A stretch of 64,000 bases of DNA from positions 3,910-67,909 of the forward strand of contig MTMD02000011.1 of NCBI GenBank assembly GCA_002010065.2, read 5' to 3'. The translations under genes and the position numbers were made by a program. How positions within the stretch are numbered: the stretch's first letter is position 1; every line of letters starts with the position of its first letter. This document shows positions 41,851-51,407 of this stretch, piece by piece. Source of the DNA: Candidatus Pyrohabitans jungbluthii (GTDB taxonomy: Archaea > Hydrothermarchaeota > Hydrothermarchaeia > Hydrothermarchaeales > BMS3B). The notes under the pieces are model-generated. The model was given only the letters and a program-made list of their open reading frames with translations, was not told where the DNA came from and did not search any database.

Positions 41851-42007
41851 GGTAGAAATTTTTATTAATTATAGAAAAAATTTTGAATAATCCAGATGAT
41901 GAAGAATACAAGAGAAATATAAGAAAAAAGATTTTAAGTTGTGTAGGAGACTTTAATCCTGATTAATGCTCCTTTCACGACTTATGGAAATAGCTTTTTC
42001 TACATAA

Positions 42008-43282
42008 CTATTTCCCACCCAGAAACTCCTGCGTCAGCTTCATCGCGCAGAAGCTGCCGCACATTGTGCACGCGTCGCTTTTCTTGGGCAGTCTTCGCCT
42101 GCGGTACTCCATCGCTCGCTCAGGGTCCAGGCAAAGCTTGAACTGCTTCTCCCAGTTGAGCTCAACCCTCGCCTTGGACATCTCTTCGTCTATCTCTCTG
42201 CCTCTTCCCCTCGCCAGGTCCGCTGCGTGGGCTGCGATTTTGCTCGCCACAACGCCAACGCGCACATCCTCGACGCTGGGCAAAGCGAGGTGCTCCGCGG
42301 GCGTAACGTAGCACAGGAAGTCTGCGCCCGCGTAGGCGGCGATTGCCCCGCCTATCGCCGCTGCTATATGATCGTAACCGGCGGCGATGTCGGTAACCAG
42401 GGGGCCGAGCACATAGAAGGGTGCGCCGTCGCAGAGGCGCTTCTCCAGCAAGACGTTTGCCTCAATCTGGTTCAGAGGCACATGCCCTGGCCCTTCAACC
42501 ATGCACTGCACTCCCGCTTCTCGGCAGCGCTTAACCAGCCTGCCCAGAATCATTAGCTCGCGGAGCTGCGCCTCGTCGGTAGCGTCGGCTGTGCTACCCG
42601 GGCGCAGGGCATCGCCAAGGCTTAGGGTAACGTCGTGCTCCCTGGCTATCTCCAGCAGGTAGTCGAAGTTCTCATACAGGGGGTTCTCCCTTTCGTTGTG
42701 CTTCATCCACGCTGCCAGAAAGCTTCCGCCCCTGCTCACTATCCCAGTTACGCGGGGGCTCTTCTCGAGCGCATCCAGAGCTTCTCGCGTAATTCCGGCG
42801 TGCACCGTCATGAAGTCCACGCCTTCTCTCGCCTGAGCCTCTATAACTGAGAAGAGCTCATCCTCGCTCATATCTACGACGCTACCTCGCTTCGCCGCGA
42901 GCACGCCAGCCTCGTAAATAGGCACAGTGCCCAGAGGTACAGGAATCTTGAGAATCTCCCTCCTTATCTTCTTCAAATCCCCGCCGGTGCTCAGGTCCAT
43001 AAGCGTGTCCGCGCCATATTTCACCGCCACTCTAGCCTTTTCCAGCTCCTCTTCTATGCTAACATGCTCCGGTGAGGTACCGATGTTGGCATTCACCTTC
43101 ACCCTAAGCCCTTCGCCTATTCCAACTGGCGCAAATTCTCTCCCTGAGCTGTTCTTGGGTATAACCACCCTTCCCTTCGCCAACCTTCGGAGCAGAACCT
43201 TCTCGTCTATTCCCTCTGCTCTGCTCACCTGGCGTATTTCCTCGCTGACAACGCCTCGCCTTGCCTCAAGCATTAAAGTCAT
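42008..43282 (-). CDS. thiC: Phosphomethylpyrimidine synthase ThiC
   Basis: KVNANIGTS, MDLSTGG, SRGGS, EGPGHVP, TPAEHL, CTMCGSFC. Confidence 0.93.
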   Translation of the reverse strand: MTLMLEARRGVVSEEIRQVSRAEGIDEKVLLRRLAKGRVVIPKNSSGREFAPVGIGEGLRVKVNANIGTSPEHVSIEEELEKARVAVKYGADTLMDLSTGGDLKKIRREILKIPVPLGTVPIYEAGVLAAKRGSVVDMSEDELFSVIEAQAREGVDFMTVHAGITREALDALEKSPRVTGIVSRGGSFLAAWMKHNERENPLYENFDYLLEIAREHDVTLSLGDALRPGSTADATDEAQLRELMILGRLVKRCREAGVQCMVEGPGHVPLNQIEANVLLEKRLCDGAPFYVLGPLVTDIAAGYDHIAAAIGGAIAAYAGADFLCYVTPAEHLALPSVEDVRVGVVASKIAAHAADLARGRGREIDEEMSKARVELNWEKQFKLCLDPERAMEYRRRRLPKKSDACTMCGSFCAMKLTQEFLGGK

Positions 43283-43329
43283 GTGTTCCTACTCCAATTA
43301 TAACATTTATAAAGGGTTGTGAGACATAG

Positions 43330-44184
43330 CTAATACTCCTTCAGTATCCTGTAAATTACAGAAAAGTCAAGGCTGTCCATATTTTTTGGGAACGTCATGG
43401 CAAAAAGCTCTTTGGCAATGCTTCCCATAAATAAGGGTCTTTTTAAGGTTCTTGCCAAATCCTGCAGGTAGTGAAGGTCCTTGTAAATTAGCGCAGAGGA
43501 GAAATGCGTCGTAAAATCCTCCTTGAGCAGTTTTTCTTTCTTGGCATTTAAAACCATGGAATTTCCTGCGCCTGCGGAAAGAATCTCCAGCACCTTCTCC
43601 TTGCTTAGCCCAACGGCCTCGCCGAAGGCGAGAGCTTCTGCAATGGTTGCCATGAATGAGCCGAGGGCAAGGTTATTAATAAGCTTCATCTTCGTTGCCA
43701 GGGTTGGCTCGCCCAGGTAGAAGATGTTCTCGCCTATCTTTTCAATATATGGCAGAGCTCTTTCGTACGCTTGTTTCTCACCGCTAACCAGAACCGTAAG
43801 CTTCCCCAGGGATGCAGGTATAACACTCCCGAGCACAGGAGCCTCAAGATAATAGGCGCCATGCTCTTTAAACACCTCGTGGAAGTATGTCACCGCCTCA
43901 AAGTGGTTTGTTGTGGTATCAATTATAACTTTTCCTTCACACTCGCCCTCCAGAAGCCCGTCCTTGCTTGTGGCGACTGATTTAACAGCATCGCTATCAA
44001 AGAGGCACAGAAAGACAAAGTCAACCTCAGATAAGAGCGAAGCCGGGCTTTCTGCTATCTCAACCCCCAGCTCCTGAGCTTTCTCCCTGGTTCTGTTCCA
44101 GACAACCAGCTCCACGCCCTGAGAAATCAGCCTCTTTGCCATCGCCTTGCCGAGGTTACCAAGACCGATAAATCCTGCCTTCAT
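43330..44184 (-). CDS. NAD(P)-dependent beta-hydroxyacid dehydrogenase (3-hydroxyisobutyrate DH family)
   Basis: GFIGLGNLG, WNRT, APVLGS, KLINN, KDL. Confidence 0.9.
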   Translation of the reverse strand: MKAGFIGLGNLGKAMAKRLISQGVELVVWNRTREKAQELGVEIAESPASLLSEVDFVFLCLFDSDAVKSVATSKDGLLEGECEGKVIIDTTTNHFEAVTYFHEVFKEHGAYYLEAPVLGSVIPASLGKLTVLVSGEKQAYERALPYIEKIGENIFYLGEPTLATKMKLINNLALGSFMATIAEALAFGEAVGLSKEKVLEILSAGAGNSMVLNAKKEKLLKEDFTTHFSSALIYKDLHYLQDLARTLKRPLFMGSIAKELFAMTFPKNMDSLDFSVIYRILKEY

Positions 44185-44245
44185 GTCAGCGCCTCCTGTC
44201 ACCTATATCCAAGCGGTAACGTAATAATTTCTGATTGCTTCCTTA

Positions 44246-44387
44246 CTGGTACGGAAGGGGTAATAGGGGCGGGGAAGGCGCCCCTATATAGCTGAGAATC
44301 ATGAGGTTCCTGGAGGGAATGGGAACCCGGTGGAGGTTCCCGTTATAGGTGAGGATGGGGTAATAGGGGCGGGCGTGGCGCCCCTAT
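44246..44387. repeat. Second cluster of the 42-bp REP-like units (2 units, reverse orientation) flanking a GGGAACC-N7-GGTTCCC hairpin
   Basis: Reverse complement of 44246-44287 matches 17889-17930 at 40/42 nt; 44348-44387 resembles 17847-17886. Confidence 0.85.
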
Positions 44388-44428
44388 CTGCAAAAAGGTT
44401 ATATTTTCAGCAGTGCTAAAGCGTGAGC

Positions 44429-45361
44429 ATGACCCTGACCACGGTTATACTCAACGACCCTGAGCTGGGCAGACTTCTGGGTAAGCGGGGCACCGCCAGC
44501 GACATAACCCTGTACAACCGCAAGATGGGCGAGGAGATTTTCATTTTCGTGGAGCCTAATCAGGAGAAGCTCGGAGCAATGCTTCAGGCTATAGCAATGG
44601 CCGACGCGGCAATAGTGCGAATAGATGCTCTCACCCCAGAGATTGGTGAGATGCTCCTTGCTCTGGATATGCTCGGAAAGAGGCAAGGCTTAGTTATCCT
44701 TGAGGGCTTGGTAAGGGAGCAGGTGCTTCCTGTGCTCAAGGGCACAGTGACTGAGGGCTATGCAGTAGTCGAGAGAGACTTCAACGCGATAATCTCTAAG
44801 CTCAGAGGCTTTTCCCATGAAAGCAAGCCACCTACCCACGTGGAGGTGGACCACGCCTTCACAGTGAAGAGCGTTGGTACTGTGGTTCTGGGCTGTGTAA
44901 AGGGTGATAGGATAGAAAAACATGCAAAGCTCACCCTTTTGCCTCAGGGCAAAGAGGTGCTCGTCAAGTCGATTCAGATTCAGGATGAGAATGTAGCCTA
45001 CGCGGAGGCAGGCGACCGTGTGGGGCTTGCGCTTAAAGGGGTGAGCAGTGATGAGATTGAGAGGGGGAGTGTGCTAACACCTGAGCCTGAAAGCTTCAGC
45101 GTGACAAGGGAAGTGGAGCTGGACTTTGTCATGTGTCCCTACTTCAAGGGCGAGCTGAAAGCTGGCATAAAATGCATGCTCAGCGCGGGGCTGAGCTACA
45201 GGGCTGCGGTAATAAAAGATATATATGAAGCGGGTGACAATAAACTTAGGTTAGTGGTGGAAACTGAGAAGCCTGTTGTGTTAACACCAGGCGATACCGT
45301 TGTGATTGCCCGCCCAGAGGTTCGTGGACTGAGGCTTGCTGGCAGTGGAAGCGTGATTTAA
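44429..45361 (+). CDS. Archaeal SelB-like/EF-Tu-like protein with degenerate G domain
   Basis: LGKRGTASDITLYN, VDHAFTVKSVGTVVLG, KSIQ, GDRVGLALKG; no GxxxxGKT. Confidence 0.8.
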   Translation: MTLTTVILNDPELGRLLGKRGTASDITLYNRKMGEEIFIFVEPNQEKLGAMLQAIAMADAAIVRIDALTPEIGEMLLALDMLGKRQGLVILEGLVREQVLPVLKGTVTEGYAVVERDFNAIISKLRGFSHESKPPTHVEVDHAFTVKSVGTVVLGCVKGDRIEKHAKLTLLPQGKEVLVKSIQIQDENVAYAEAGDRVGLALKGVSSDEIERGSVLTPEPESFSVTREVELDFVMCPYFKGELKAGIKCMLSAGLSYRAAVIKDIYEAGDNKLRLVVETEKPVVLTPGDTVVIARPEVRGLRLAGSGSVI

Positions 45362-45372
45362 GAGGTGCTCTT

Positions 45373-46080
45373 ATGGAGGTGGTCAAGACTGGGATTCCGG
45401 GGTTGGATAATCTGTTCGCGATTGGAGGGTTCCCAAAGGGGAACACCATCCTACTTATAGGTGGCCCCGGAAGTGGGAAGTCCATATTCGGGATGCAATA
45501 CCTGTATTCTGGAATAACAGAATACGACGAGCCCGGGATATTCATAACCTTTGAAGAGACCCCGGAGAAGATAAGGAGGAACATGCTCTCTTTTGGCTGG
45601 AACCTTGAGGAGCTAGAAAATCAGGACAAGCTCATAATAATGGATGCGGTAACTTACAGGATCTCAGGCGAAGCGGATGAAGAAACGCTCCGCTCGGGCT
45701 TGGATGTGGACAACCTAATCGCCAATCTCGATGACGCTATCTCTGCGATAAGCGCTGAGCGTGTGGTCATAGACTCGCTTTCTGTAATGGGTCTCTACGC
45801 CCATGACGAGTTTGAGAAGCGCACGAAGTTGCTACGCCTCTCCAACCTGCTGAGCATGCGCAATGTCACAAGCCTAGTGATCACAGAGGCAAGGAGTGCG
45901 GATATAGGCATAAAGGAGTTTCCCATCGAAACCTTCATGTTCGACGGAGTAATAAGCCTTCGCCTTGACACAGAAACCCAGGAGAGGAAGATTTCAATAA
46001 GAAAGATGCGCGGTACAAAGCATGTGATTGGCTCCTTCAAGTTCTCGATAACCGACTACGGAATAGAACTTTCCCCCTAA
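45373..46080 (+). CDS. KaiC/RAD55-family ATPase (single domain)
   Basis: TGIPGLD, GGPGSGKS, TFEE, VVIDS, KMRGT. Confidence 0.9.
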   Translation: MEVVKTGIPGLDNLFAIGGFPKGNTILLIGGPGSGKSIFGMQYLYSGITEYDEPGIFITFEETPEKIRRNMLSFGWNLEELENQDKLIIMDAVTYRISGEADEETLRSGLDVDNLIANLDDAISAISAERVVIDSLSVMGLYAHDEFEKRTKLLRLSNLLSMRNVTSLVITEARSADIGIKEFPIETFMFDGVISLRLDTETQERKISIRKMRGTKHVIGSFKFSITDYGIELSP

Positions 46081-46089
46081 GGTGTCTCT

Positions 46090-46752
46090 ATGGAAGAGAA
46101 AGAGATTATAGGCATAAGTGTGTTTGCGAACGACCGCAAGGGCCTGCTTCGCGATGTGAGCACGGTTATAGCTGAGCATGATGTGAACATAACCTACATC
46201 CAGCAGTTCATGCAGGATGACGTGGTGCAGATATACTTTGAGCTTGATGGCGTGCGTGACTTAGATAAGCTTAAGGCAGACCTGCTCAGGGTTAACGATG
46301 TCATTGAGGTTGAGGTGCACAAGCCCTTCGAGGAGATCTACGGCAAGCGCGTTATAGTTATAGGAGGCGGCGCTCAGGTGGCGCAGGTGGTGCTCGGCGC
46401 TGTGAGCGAGGCAGACCGCCATAACCTTCGTGGCGAAAGGATAAGTGTTGATACAATTCCGCTGGTGGGTGAGGAGAAGATTGCCGAAGCCGTGCGCGCA
46501 GTTGGTCGCCTCCACCGTGCAGCCATACTGGTGCTAGCGGGCTCCCTTATGGGCGGCGAAGTCACAGAGGCGGTGCAGGAGCTTAAGGCAGACTATGGCA
46601 TACCCGTAATCTCCCTGAACATGGCAGGCTCTGTGCCCGAGGTGGCTGACCTGGTTGTTACTGACCCTGTACAGGCAGGGGTCATGGCTGTTATGGCAAT
46701 AGCAAAAACAGCGAGCTTCGATCTGGAAAAAGTGAAGGGGAAGAGGTTTTAA
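46090..46752 (+). CDS. ACT-domain protein with DUF5612-type C-terminal domain
   Basis: N-terminal ACT (DRKGLLRDV), then GGGAQVAQV...EADRHNLRGERISVDTIP. Confidence 0.8.
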   Translation: MEEKEIIGISVFANDRKGLLRDVSTVIAEHDVNITYIQQFMQDDVVQIYFELDGVRDLDKLKADLLRVNDVIEVEVHKPFEEIYGKRVIVIGGGAQVAQVVLGAVSEADRHNLRGERISVDTIPLVGEEKIAEAVRAVGRLHRAAILVLAGSLMGGEVTEAVQELKADYGIPVISLNMAGSVPEVADLVVTDPVQAGVMAVMAIAKTASFDLEKVKGKRF

Positions 46753-46768
46753 AGACAGAGTGAGGAGT

Positions 46769-49396
46769 ATGAGAAAAGGAGAGCTGATTCTTTACCTTGC
46801 GGTGCTTGTGGCGCTTCTCTCCACGAGCTTCGTAGGCATCGCCACCGATTATCTATGGTTCAGCAGCCTTGGCTATGCGCAGGTTTTTATTAAAATCTGG
46901 AAGACGAGGCTTCTGCTCGCATTTCTGGTGGCGTTGCTCTTTTTCACCGCGGCCTACATAAACCTTCTCGCCTCGAGGAAGTTCTCAGGCGTAGCGCCAC
47001 CGCGAGCGCTCTACACGGCTGTTTCCCTCCTTCTCAGCCTTTTCCTTGCCCTAGCTGCGTCGCGAGGGTGGGAGCTTTTCCTGTGGTACTCGCAAGCGAC
47101 GCCTTTTAACATAGCTGACCCCGTTTTTCAGAAGGACATCTCCTTCTATGTGTTTCGCTTACCCTTCTATGAATTTCTCTGGAACCTTGCCTTTCTCTTC
47201 CTCGTTTTCATAGCAGCGCTTACGGCGCTCATATACCTCTATGGCGCAGGTGCTGTGCTGCGCGAGCGCATTTTCGGCGAAATCGTGGCGCTGCTTCCCA
47301 TCCAAGCGAAGTTTCACGCAGGTGCAATCGCTGGCTTGTTTGCTCTGCTCTTCGCCACCAAATTTTACCTCTCCCGCTACCGCGTGCTCTTCACAGCTAA
47401 AGACACCTTCTTTGGCGCTGGTTATGCCGAGATTAATGTGTACCTCCCTGTGCTTTCTCTCTTAGCTGTAATAGCCGTGGCTGTGGCGGTGCTCTTCTTT
47501 GCAGCGAGGTGGGTGGGCTTTAAGATACCTGTTGCCATGGTTGCGCTTGCTGTGATAGTAGCGATAGGAGGCAGCTTTTTAACAGGCACAGTGCAGCACT
47601 ACCAGGTGGCGCCAGACGAATTCAACTATGAGCGCCCGTATATAGAGCAGAGCATAAAGTTCACCCGCATTGCGTACAACCTGGATAAAATAAAAGAGGT
47701 GGAGTTTCCTGCCACGCAGAATTTAACCATTGAGGACATTAAAAATAACGAGGAGACCATAAGAAATATCCGCCTGTGGGACTACCGCCCGCTGAAGCGC
47801 ACCCTGGAGCAGCTTCAGCTCATCCGCACCTACTATGCCTTCCAAGACGTCGACGTCGACCGCTATGTTTTGAACGGGGAATACAAGCAGGTTATGCTGG
47901 CTGCGAGAGAACTCAACACAGAGCTTCTGGCTGAGCAGTCCCTCACCTGGATAAATAAGCACCTATTTTACACCCACGGTTATGGCATAGCGATGAGCCT
48001 TGTTAATGAGGTTTCAAGCGAAGGCTTACCCGTGTTTGTGGTGAAGGATATCCCGCCAAGGTCGCCATACATTAATATCACCAGACCTGAGATATACTAC
48101 GGGGAGCTTATCGATACCTACGTGATAGTTAAGACTAAGACGGAGGAGTTTGACTATCCAAAGGGGGATGAGAACGTCTACACCACCTACGAAGGCGAGG
48201 GTGGGGTAGTGCTTGACTCAGGCTTAAAGAGGCTCGCCTATGCCCTGCGCTTTGGAAGCGCTAAGATATTTCTTAGCAACTCAATAACCCATGATAGCAG
48301 GATAATGTACCACAGGAACATAAGGGAGAGGGTGGCCAAGCTCGCCCCATTCCTGGTCTACGACAGCGACCCCTACCTTGTTGTTGCAGAGGGCAAGCTG
48401 TACTGGATAATAGACGCATATACGGTTAGCAGCGACTTCCCCTACTCAGAGCCCACGAGGGGGATAAACTATGTGCGCAACGCTGTAAAGGCGGTGGTGG
48501 ACGCGTATTCAGGTAAGGTGAACTTCTACATCGCTGACCCCAGCGATGCGATAATCAAAACCTATGCAAAAGCCTTCCCGGAGCTCTTTAAACCCCTTGA
48601 AGAGATGCCCCCCGAGCTAAGAATGCACCTCCGCTACCCTGTAGACTACTTTTTGATACAGGCAAATAAGTACGCCACCTACCATATGCTGGATCCGCGA
48701 GTGTTCTACAACCGCGAGGACGTGTGGAACATCCCAGAGGAGCTTTACGAGGGTGACAGGGTAAAAATGGAGCCGTATTATCTGATAACCAAGCTACCTG
48801 GCGAGGAGAAGGCGGAGTTCATTCTAATGCTGCCATTTACACCCAGGAATAAAAACAACCTCGTTGCCTGGCTCGCTGCCAGAAGCGATGGCGAGCACTA
48901 CGGCGAGCGCATAGTGTATATCTTCCCTAAGGATAAGCTCATCTATGGACCGATGCAGATTGAGGCGAGGATAGACCAGAATCCGGAGATTTCCCAGTAC
49001 TTCACTCTCTGGGATCAGGCAGGCACCCGGGTTATAAGGGGCAACCTGCTTGTCATACCAATTCGCGAGTCGCTCCTCTATGTTGAGCCAGTGTTCCTGC
49101 GGGCAGAGCAGCGCGACTCTCTGCCAGAGCTCAAGCGGGTTATCGTAGCCTTTGGGGAGAGGATTGCCATGGAGGAGACGCTGGATGCTGCAATAGAGAA
49201 GGTGTTCGGCAGGGCTCCGGAGGAGGTTGAAGAGGTGGCTCTACCACCCACCACCGGAGACAGGGAGGAAATAATAAGGCAGCTACTCCAGCACTACTCC
49301 GCCGCCAGGGAGGCGCTCCGCAACGAGGATTTAGTTGGCTTTGGAAAGGAGTTTGAAGCAATAGGCAGGCTACTTGAAGAGCTTGAAGGGAGGTAG
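46769..49396 (+). CDS. UPF0182-family membrane protein
   Basis: DPVFQKDISFYVF.LP, NIRLWD, DVDRY, YTHGYG, RPEIYYGE, NYVRN, RGNLLVIP. Confidence 0.92.
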   Translation: MRKGELILYLAVLVALLSTSFVGIATDYLWFSSLGYAQVFIKIWKTRLLLAFLVALLFFTAAYINLLASRKFSGVAPPRALYTAVSLLLSLFLALAASRGWELFLWYSQATPFNIADPVFQKDISFYVFRLPFYEFLWNLAFLFLVFIAALTALIYLYGAGAVLRERIFGEIVALLPIQAKFHAGAIAGLFALLFATKFYLSRYRVLFTAKDTFFGAGYAEINVYLPVLSLLAVIAVAVAVLFFAARWVGFKIPVAMVALAVIVAIGGSFLTGTVQHYQVAPDEFNYERPYIEQSIKFTRIAYNLDKIKEVEFPATQNLTIEDIKNNEETIRNIRLWDYRPLKRTLEQLQLIRTYYAFQDVDVDRYVLNGEYKQVMLAARELNTELLAEQSLTWINKHLFYTHGYGIAMSLVNEVSSEGLPVFVVKDIPPRSPYINITRPEIYYGELIDTYVIVKTKTEEFDYPKGDENVYTTYEGEGGVVLDSGLKRLAYALRFGSAKIFLSNSITHDSRIMYHRNIRERVAKLAPFLVYDSDPYLVVAEGKLYWIIDAYTVSSDFPYSEPTRGINYVRNAVKAVVDAYSGKVNFYIADPSDAIIKTYAKAFPELFKPLEEMPPELRMHLRYPVDYFLIQANKYATYHMLDPRVFYNREDVWNIPEELYEGDRVKMEPYYLITKLPGEEKAEFILMLPFTPRNKNNLVAWLAARSDGEHYGERIVYIFPKDKLIYGPMQIEARIDQNPEISQYFTLWDQAGTRVIRGNLLVIPIRESLLYVEPVFLRAEQRDSLPELKRVIVAFGERIAMEETLDAAIEKVFGRAPEEVEEVALPPTTGDREEIIRQLLQHYSAAREALRNEDLVGFGKEFEAIGRLLEELEGR

Positions 49397-49400
49397 CTGC

Positions 49401-49757
49401 ATGCTATTTCTGCTACGCATCGCAATTTTTGCTCTCGCCTTGTTCCTGCTCTGGCGGATTCTGCGCGAATACTACGATACTCTGAAGGAACGACTGCCAA
49501 GAAGGGCGGAGAAGGGAAAGAAAGTGGTTGAGCCGAGGGTGGAGAGCTTCAAAAAGGGCGAGAAGATGGTCATGCGCATCTACCTGCCGGGCGTGACTTC
49601 TGAGAGGGATATAAGCCTGAGGATACTGCAGGAATCCATAGAGGTGCGCGCAGATGGCAGGCAAGAATCCTTCTTCAAAATTATACCCATAAATTCGAAA
49701 AACAGGGTGCACTCAAAAAAATTTGAGCCGCCAGTACTTGAAATAGAGATGGGGTAA
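49401..49757 (+). CDS. Membrane-anchored protein with Hsp20/alpha-crystallin-like domain
   Basis: N-terminal TM, then IYLPGV...SIEVRA...FFKIIP...VLEI. Confidence 0.55.
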   Translation: MLFLLRIAIFALALFLLWRILREYYDTLKERLPRRAEKGKKVVEPRVESFKKGEKMVMRIYLPGVTSERDISLRILQESIEVRADGRQESFFKIIPINSKNRVHSKKFEPPVLEIEMG

Positions 49758-49779
49758 AATAATAAAATAAAAAAGGGAG

Positions 49780-49950
49780 CTACCACCAGCTTATAACCTT
49801 GTCCGCTGCGAATATCTCATCCACAAGAGCGTCGTAGTCTTTATTCTTGTAAAGCTCAAAGATTTTCACATCGTGCTCCTTCTTGTGCACCTCTATTATC
49901 TCCTTCACCCTGTCGCTGGGCTCTGACCTGAGAATCTCCAGTATCTTCAT
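49780..49950 (-). CDS. Small DsrH/TusB-like protein (56 aa), not in the ORF track
   Basis: Hand translation MKILEILRSEPSDRVKEIIEVHKKEHDVKIFELYKNKDYDALVDEIFAADKVISWW*; GAGGTGA RBS; third gene of the minus-strand triad. Confidence 0.75.
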   Translation of the reverse strand: MKILEILRSEPSDRVKEIIEVHKKEHDVKIFELYKNKDYDALVDEIFAADKVISWW

Positions 49951-49960
49951 CTACATCACC

Positions 49961-50266
49961 TCAGTAGGGTATAATCACATCGAACTCCAGCATCTTCTTT
50001 GCCATTTCCTCAACGCTCATCTCTTCGATGTACTCGCTCTTCTCGACGTTCTTTGGATTGTTGGAAACCACCAGCCCGTCGTTGTCTCTTATCCACTCCA
50101 GGTTCTCTGCTGTATCTCCGCGATCAACATCGTAGTCCACATCTATAATCATTAAGCTTGGGTCATTACCGCCGAGCATTGTTCCAAGGGCTGAGCGGCT
50201 TGCCTCTTCCTGAACATATCCATCCTCGCTATTGGTTATAAACACTACAGAGACCATCCTCTTCAC
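49961..50266 (-). CDS. DsrF/DsrE-like protein
   Basis: EEASRSALG helix and MSVEEMAKKMLEFDVIIPY tail typical of the DsrEFH fold; no Cys. Confidence 0.6.
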   Translation of the reverse strand: MKRMVSVVFITNSEDGYVQEEASRSALGTMLGGNDPSLMIIDVDYDVDRGDTAENLEWIRDNDGLVVSNNPKNVEKSEYIEEMSVEEMAKKMLEFDVIIPY

Positions 50267-50269
50267 CTC

Positions 50270-50572
50270 CTATAGCACCACATACCTATCCACATTCTTC
50301 AGCATGTCTGCATTGTAGTCCTGGCTACTCTTCTTTATCCCTTCTGGAACCTCGTCCTCCTTGAAACCAAGTTCCTCAAAGCTGTGGAGACACATCGCAA
50401 CGTCTGCCCCTGCTTTGACCAGTTCCTTCGCCTGCTCTGTAGGAACAAGCTTAACCCCTGGACCTGTGAAGAAAACTCTAACCTCATGCCCCTTGGCTAT
50501 TGCAGCCTTGGTCAGGCCCACCAAATCTTCCGCATGCCTGTCGGTGCACACAAATATGCCAAGCTTTCCCAT
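50270..50572 (-). CDS. DsrE-family sulfurtransferase
   Basis: AAIAKGHEVRVFFTGPGV and AMCLHS (Cys at the DsrE active-site position). Confidence 0.8.
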   Translation of the reverse strand: MGKLGIFVCTDRHAEDLVGLTKAAIAKGHEVRVFFTGPGVKLVPTEQAKELVKAGADVAMCLHSFEELGFKEDEVPEGIKKSSQDYNADMLKNVDRYVVL

Positions 50573-50734
50573 GTCAATCACCGATTACAACTATGCTTGC
50601 TTTTATTTAAACTTTATTTTCACAAAAATCGAACTCTGTTCAGGTTGTGCTTTCGCTTATACTACGCTTGTGATTCTCCGTCCTGAAGTAAAATTTAAAT
50701 ATCTCAACCACGAGGACAAGGACGAGGTGGTAGG

Positions 50735-51031
50735 ATGAAGCTGGGTGTCTTTATCAGTGACTTTAAATACGACGCAGAGCTTTTCGACCGCATAGCAAGC
50801 GATGAGACAGGCGTATTTCTGGTGCACGATGGGGTTTACAATGCCGTTGTTAAGGAGAACGGCAAACCCTCACCGCTTCTCGAGAAGGTGTCCAAAATCT
50901 TTGTGCTGAAGGACGACCTCAAGCTTCGCGGCTTCACCGAAGATGCCGTGCCAAGCAATGTGGAGGTTGTGGACTACGGTGATATTGTGGACAAGCTCAT
51001 GGAAGAGTACAAGAGGGCGATATGGCTTTAA
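50735..51031 (+). CDS. dsrH: DsrH/TusB-family sulfur relay protein
   Basis: LVHDGVY, VLKDDLKLRG, VDYGDIVD. Confidence 0.8.
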   Translation: MKLGVFISDFKYDAELFDRIASDETGVFLVHDGVYNAVVKENGKPSPLLEKVSKIFVLKDDLKLRGFTEDAVPSNVEVVDYGDIVDKLMEEYKRAIWL

Positions 51032-51046
51032 GGAGGAGGTAGGAGA

Positions 51047-51406
51047 ATGGGAACCCTGACAATAGGACTTCTTACCAGACCGTACGGCTCAAAGAACATA
51101 GCTTTTGTTCTCAGGTTGGCGAAGGCTGCTCTGGAGAAGGGGCACAGTGTCAAGCTCTGGCTGAGTGGTGATGCAACCACGGTTGCGAAGAAAGGGCAGC
51201 ACAAGTACCAGAAGAGCTTCAACTTCGAGGCAGACCTCAAGGAGCTTATAGAGAGGGGCCTCGAGGTGGTTAACTGCGAGAGCTGCGTTTACATCCGTGG
51301 AATAAACGATGAGGAGATGATTGACGGGGTGCAGGTAAAGACCATGACTTGGTTCATGGAGAACGCGCTCTCAAGCGATGCTGCGCTTATGATAGGAGAG
51401 GAGTGA
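51047..51406 (+). CDS. dsrE: DsrE/TusD-family sulfur relay protein
   Basis: PYGS, LAKAALEKGH, NCESCVYIRG. Confidence 0.8.
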   Translation: MGTLTIGLLTRPYGSKNIAFVLRLAKAALEKGHSVKLWLSGDATTVAKKGQHKYQKSFNFEADLKELIERGLEVVNCESCVYIRGINDEEMIDGVQVKTMTWFMENALSSDAALMIGEE

Positions 51407-51407
51407 A

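Noticed and set aside
42008-43282. BzaA/B/F (benzimidazole synthesis) instead of ThiC
   Set aside because: Cannot be separated by eye; single copy with canonical motifs and no cobalamin genes nearby, so ThiC is kept.
44429-45361. Selenocysteine machinery (SelB)
   Set aside because: The protein lacks the GTPase P-loop; no tRNA-Sec, SECIS-like element or in-frame TGA selenoprotein was noticed. The tRNA at 13002 has anticodon UGA (Ser), not UCA.
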